Of a DNA stretch of 64,000 nt, positions 61,571-64,000 are shown one piece after another. A program made the position numbers and the translations under genes. The stretch covers positions 261,856,525 to 261,920,524 of the forward strand of contig NC_085841.1 in assembly GCF_035594765.1 (NCBI RefSeq), given 5' to 3'. The stretch is from Anolis carolinensis. Its lineage: Eukaryota. The notes below the pieces were generated by a model, which saw only the letters and a list, made by a program, of their open reading frames with translations, made no database searches and was not told the origin of the DNA. Positions within the stretch are counted from its first letter, which is position 1; each line of letters opens with the position of its first letter.

Positions 61571-61879
61571 TCTTTCTTTATATTAGGTTGTTGTTAAAGA
61601 TATAGAAACAGGGCCAGATTTTTTAAAGCACTTCCATTCTATTGCTATGGTTTATTGGAAGACAGATCAAAAAGTTTTTTTGAAATTCACAGCTCCAGGC
61701 TGGAAACAAAATGGCCTTGAATGTTAGCAAAATTGCTATCTATGCACAGGATGAGGGCAGTTTAGTGACTGGCACCCTTTCCTCCAGATCTTTTTTTAAT
61801 TTTCTTCAGATTCCTTCCTTTCCCCTTGTTGGATCCCTAATGTTAAGCTATTAAGCCATCTTAGAAAGAAACCTCTATC

Positions 61880-62415
61880 GTGGCTCCAAAAGCGACTGGA
61901 AACCAGTGAACAATGGGAAGCCCGTAGACTCAAGACAAGAAAGAAGGAGAGAACTAGGATGAATTTACTTCATACGCAAAGAACCTGCAAAAACAGACAA
62001 GGAACTGTTGCACCTCCATATCAACACCAGCCAAAAGATGAATACCCAGGACTGGGACAAAATAAAATAGACAACCTCACCTACATAAAAGGTTAGGTTG
62101 TCACACAGTTTACAGAAAACCTACACACATGGATAGATAAAAACTCCAACCATTAATCAAGCCAAAAAAGAAGCACAATCAAAGCCCTGGCAATCCATGC
62201 AAAAAGAATCTGTGAAGCCCACCTCCTCATGAACCCCCTAAACTGGGCTCTACAGGCCAATGGAGACTCCACCACAGACACCAGAAGAGCTGCAAGGCCA
62301 AGAACAAGCCATGAGAGTAAAGACAAAGATCCACCCAGAGGAAAGGTGTTCTTACCAGACATCAAGGGAACCACTGACCACATAGGTAAACTCATGAAGA
62401 AACACAACCGACAAA
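61880..62415 (+). mobile_element. Penelope-like element ORF fragments (RT thumb region)
   Basis: SQKRSTIKALAIHAKRICEAHLL..LNWALQANG..KVFLPDIKGTTDHIGKLMKKHN. Confidence 0.8.
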
Positions 62416-62449
62416 CTCAATGTGCAGAGGTGAAAGCAAACAGAAACCC

Positions 62450-64000
62450 CCAAAGAGAAAGCAGGGCCGACTGAAGAGACTCAGCAACTCCTGGGAGCGA
62501 AATGCGAGGTCTTCATGTGAATAACAATGGAAGAAAAGTGGGGATAGAAACCCAATTGTTAGCGACCGAATCGATGCAAAACAGGCCCTTTAAAAGACTC
62601 AAGATTAAACGCCCGCAGCCCTCAAGGGACAAGGGAGAAGCCGAAGTTATTTAAATGTGGCTTAAACGTATGTGTTGTGCTCGTTAGCAAAAGGGGGATG
62701 TGGCGCTTTGTGGGGGGCGAGGGGGGGAGTTGTTCTTAGGAGAAGGGTGGATTTTTTCCCCCAAGGAGGCTTGCTTTTTCCAGGCAAGAAACTTTCTCGC
62801 ACCTGTCCCCGTCCTTCCCCTTTTTGTTGCTCCCTAAATGCAAGAAGGCGAGGCAGGTGAGACCCTTTTAGGGCAGGGAATTCACGTAGGCACGGAAAGA
62901 GGATTCCTGTGGGCATGTAATTCCGGCGGCAGGATGCAACTGTTGCCCTTCCATGATGGGGCGAGGGGGCGAATTTGAGGCCTTCACAACTTGTGCCTGC
63001 AGCCGGGGTGCTTGACTCGCCGGGGTGCTGGACACAAGCCCTTCATTTGGGTTGCTGAGTTTTCCGGGTTGTATGTTCAGAAGCATTCTCTCCTGACGTT
63101 TCGCCCACATCTATGGCAGGCACCCGCAGAGGTTGTGAAGTCTGTTGGAAAGTAGGCAAGTGGGGTTTATATACCTGTGGAGTGTTCAGTGTGGGAGAAA
63201 GAACTTGTCTATCTGTCAGAGGCAGGTGTGAATGTTGCAATTGGCACCCTTGGTTGGCACTGAATGGCCTTGCAGCTTCAAAGCCTGGCTGCTTCCTGCC
63301 TAGGGGAATCCCAGGCGTCTTCAGAGGTTGTGAGCTCTGTTGGAAACTAGGGTTTATATATCTGTGGAAGGTCCAGGTTGGGAGAAAGAACTCTTTGTCT
63401 GCTTGAGGCAAATGTGGATGTTGCACTTGATCACCTTGATTACCACTGAATAACCTTGCAGCTTCAAGGCCTGGCTGCTTCCTGCCGGGGGAATCCTTCG
63501 TTGGGAGGTGTTAGCTCATTTGTTTCTCTTCGCCCCTCAGGCACCCGCAATACCAGGCTTATGGCGGGCCATACGGCAGTGGACTTCGCTGTGCGGGTGA
63601 CAAACTGTGGGAATTATGAGGCGCTTAATACTCCTGACACATTTCAAGGGCTTGTATGTGGGGGGAACTCTTTCCCTTGCTTTTTTTCCTTCAGGGGCTT
63701 CTTTCGGGTTCTGTGTTCTGAGCAGGTCAGGTTGATGCGGTTGTAGGCGTATCCCTCCGCCGCCGTCATCCAATGCTGCGAGCGGCACTCCGCCCCCGCC
63801 GCCTCCCCCTCTCTTCGCGGTATCCCTCCGCCAGTGCGAGAGAAGAGAGAGAGACTGAGACTGCAGGCAGGGATGGCTCGGCTGCGGCCGGACCTCGCTC
63901 GGGCCGCTGGAGTCAAAGCACGAAGGTGAAGGCAGCCTCCGAAGACGTATCCCTCCGCGCCGCCGTGTCCCTCCGCTGCCGGGGCGCCCACTTGCAGGAG
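62450..64000. promoter_or_regulatory. CpG island / probable promoter and 5' end of an unidentified gene
   Basis: CpG and GC density rise sharply, most strongly at 63530-64000. CGTCA plus CCAAT at ~63765-63774, GC boxes at 63790-63802. Confidence 0.75.
63050..63515 (-). mobile_element. Penelope-like element 3' repeat (two tandem units) with hammerhead remnant
   Basis: Two ~190-bp units (cagaggttgtga..ctggctgcttcctgcc), 7-bp TSD tcatttg (63043-63049, 63516-63522). Confidence 0.8.

Noticed and set aside
63456-63991. ORFs in the CpG island as host CDS
   Set aside because: They are GC-driven open frames, partly starting in the Penelope repeat, with no recognisable protein. The gene identity cannot be assigned.

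Overview
This is vertebrate nuclear DNA from a squamate reptile. The repeat families (Sauria-type SINEs, CR1, BovB/RTE, Vingi, L2, Penelope, SPIN/OC1-like hAT MITEs) point to an anole-type lizard, which is an inference from recalled family sequences. I find no convincing host protein-coding exon: the listed ORFs are transposon remnants, microsatellite read-through or chance. The window is a transposon-rich intergenic or intronic stretch with one assembly gap (9356-9508). It ends in a CpG-island promoter-like region (~62450-64000) interrupted by a Penelope insertion. The best candidates for a second look are: (1) a 1193-bp solo LTR whose U3 carries an intact 134-141 aa ORF with NLS-like and acidic segments; (2) a 1325-bp solo LTR with an E2F/NF-Y/CHR cell-cycle-type promoter; (3) decayed hammerhead-ribozyme motifs in Penelope-type repeats; (4) a CR1 inserted inside a same-family CR1; (5) a Gypsy remnant lacking RT/RNaseH; (6) two perfect palindromes with templated-repair signatures; (7) several nested DNA-transposon stacks. 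Family names come from motif recognition only; no database search was run.
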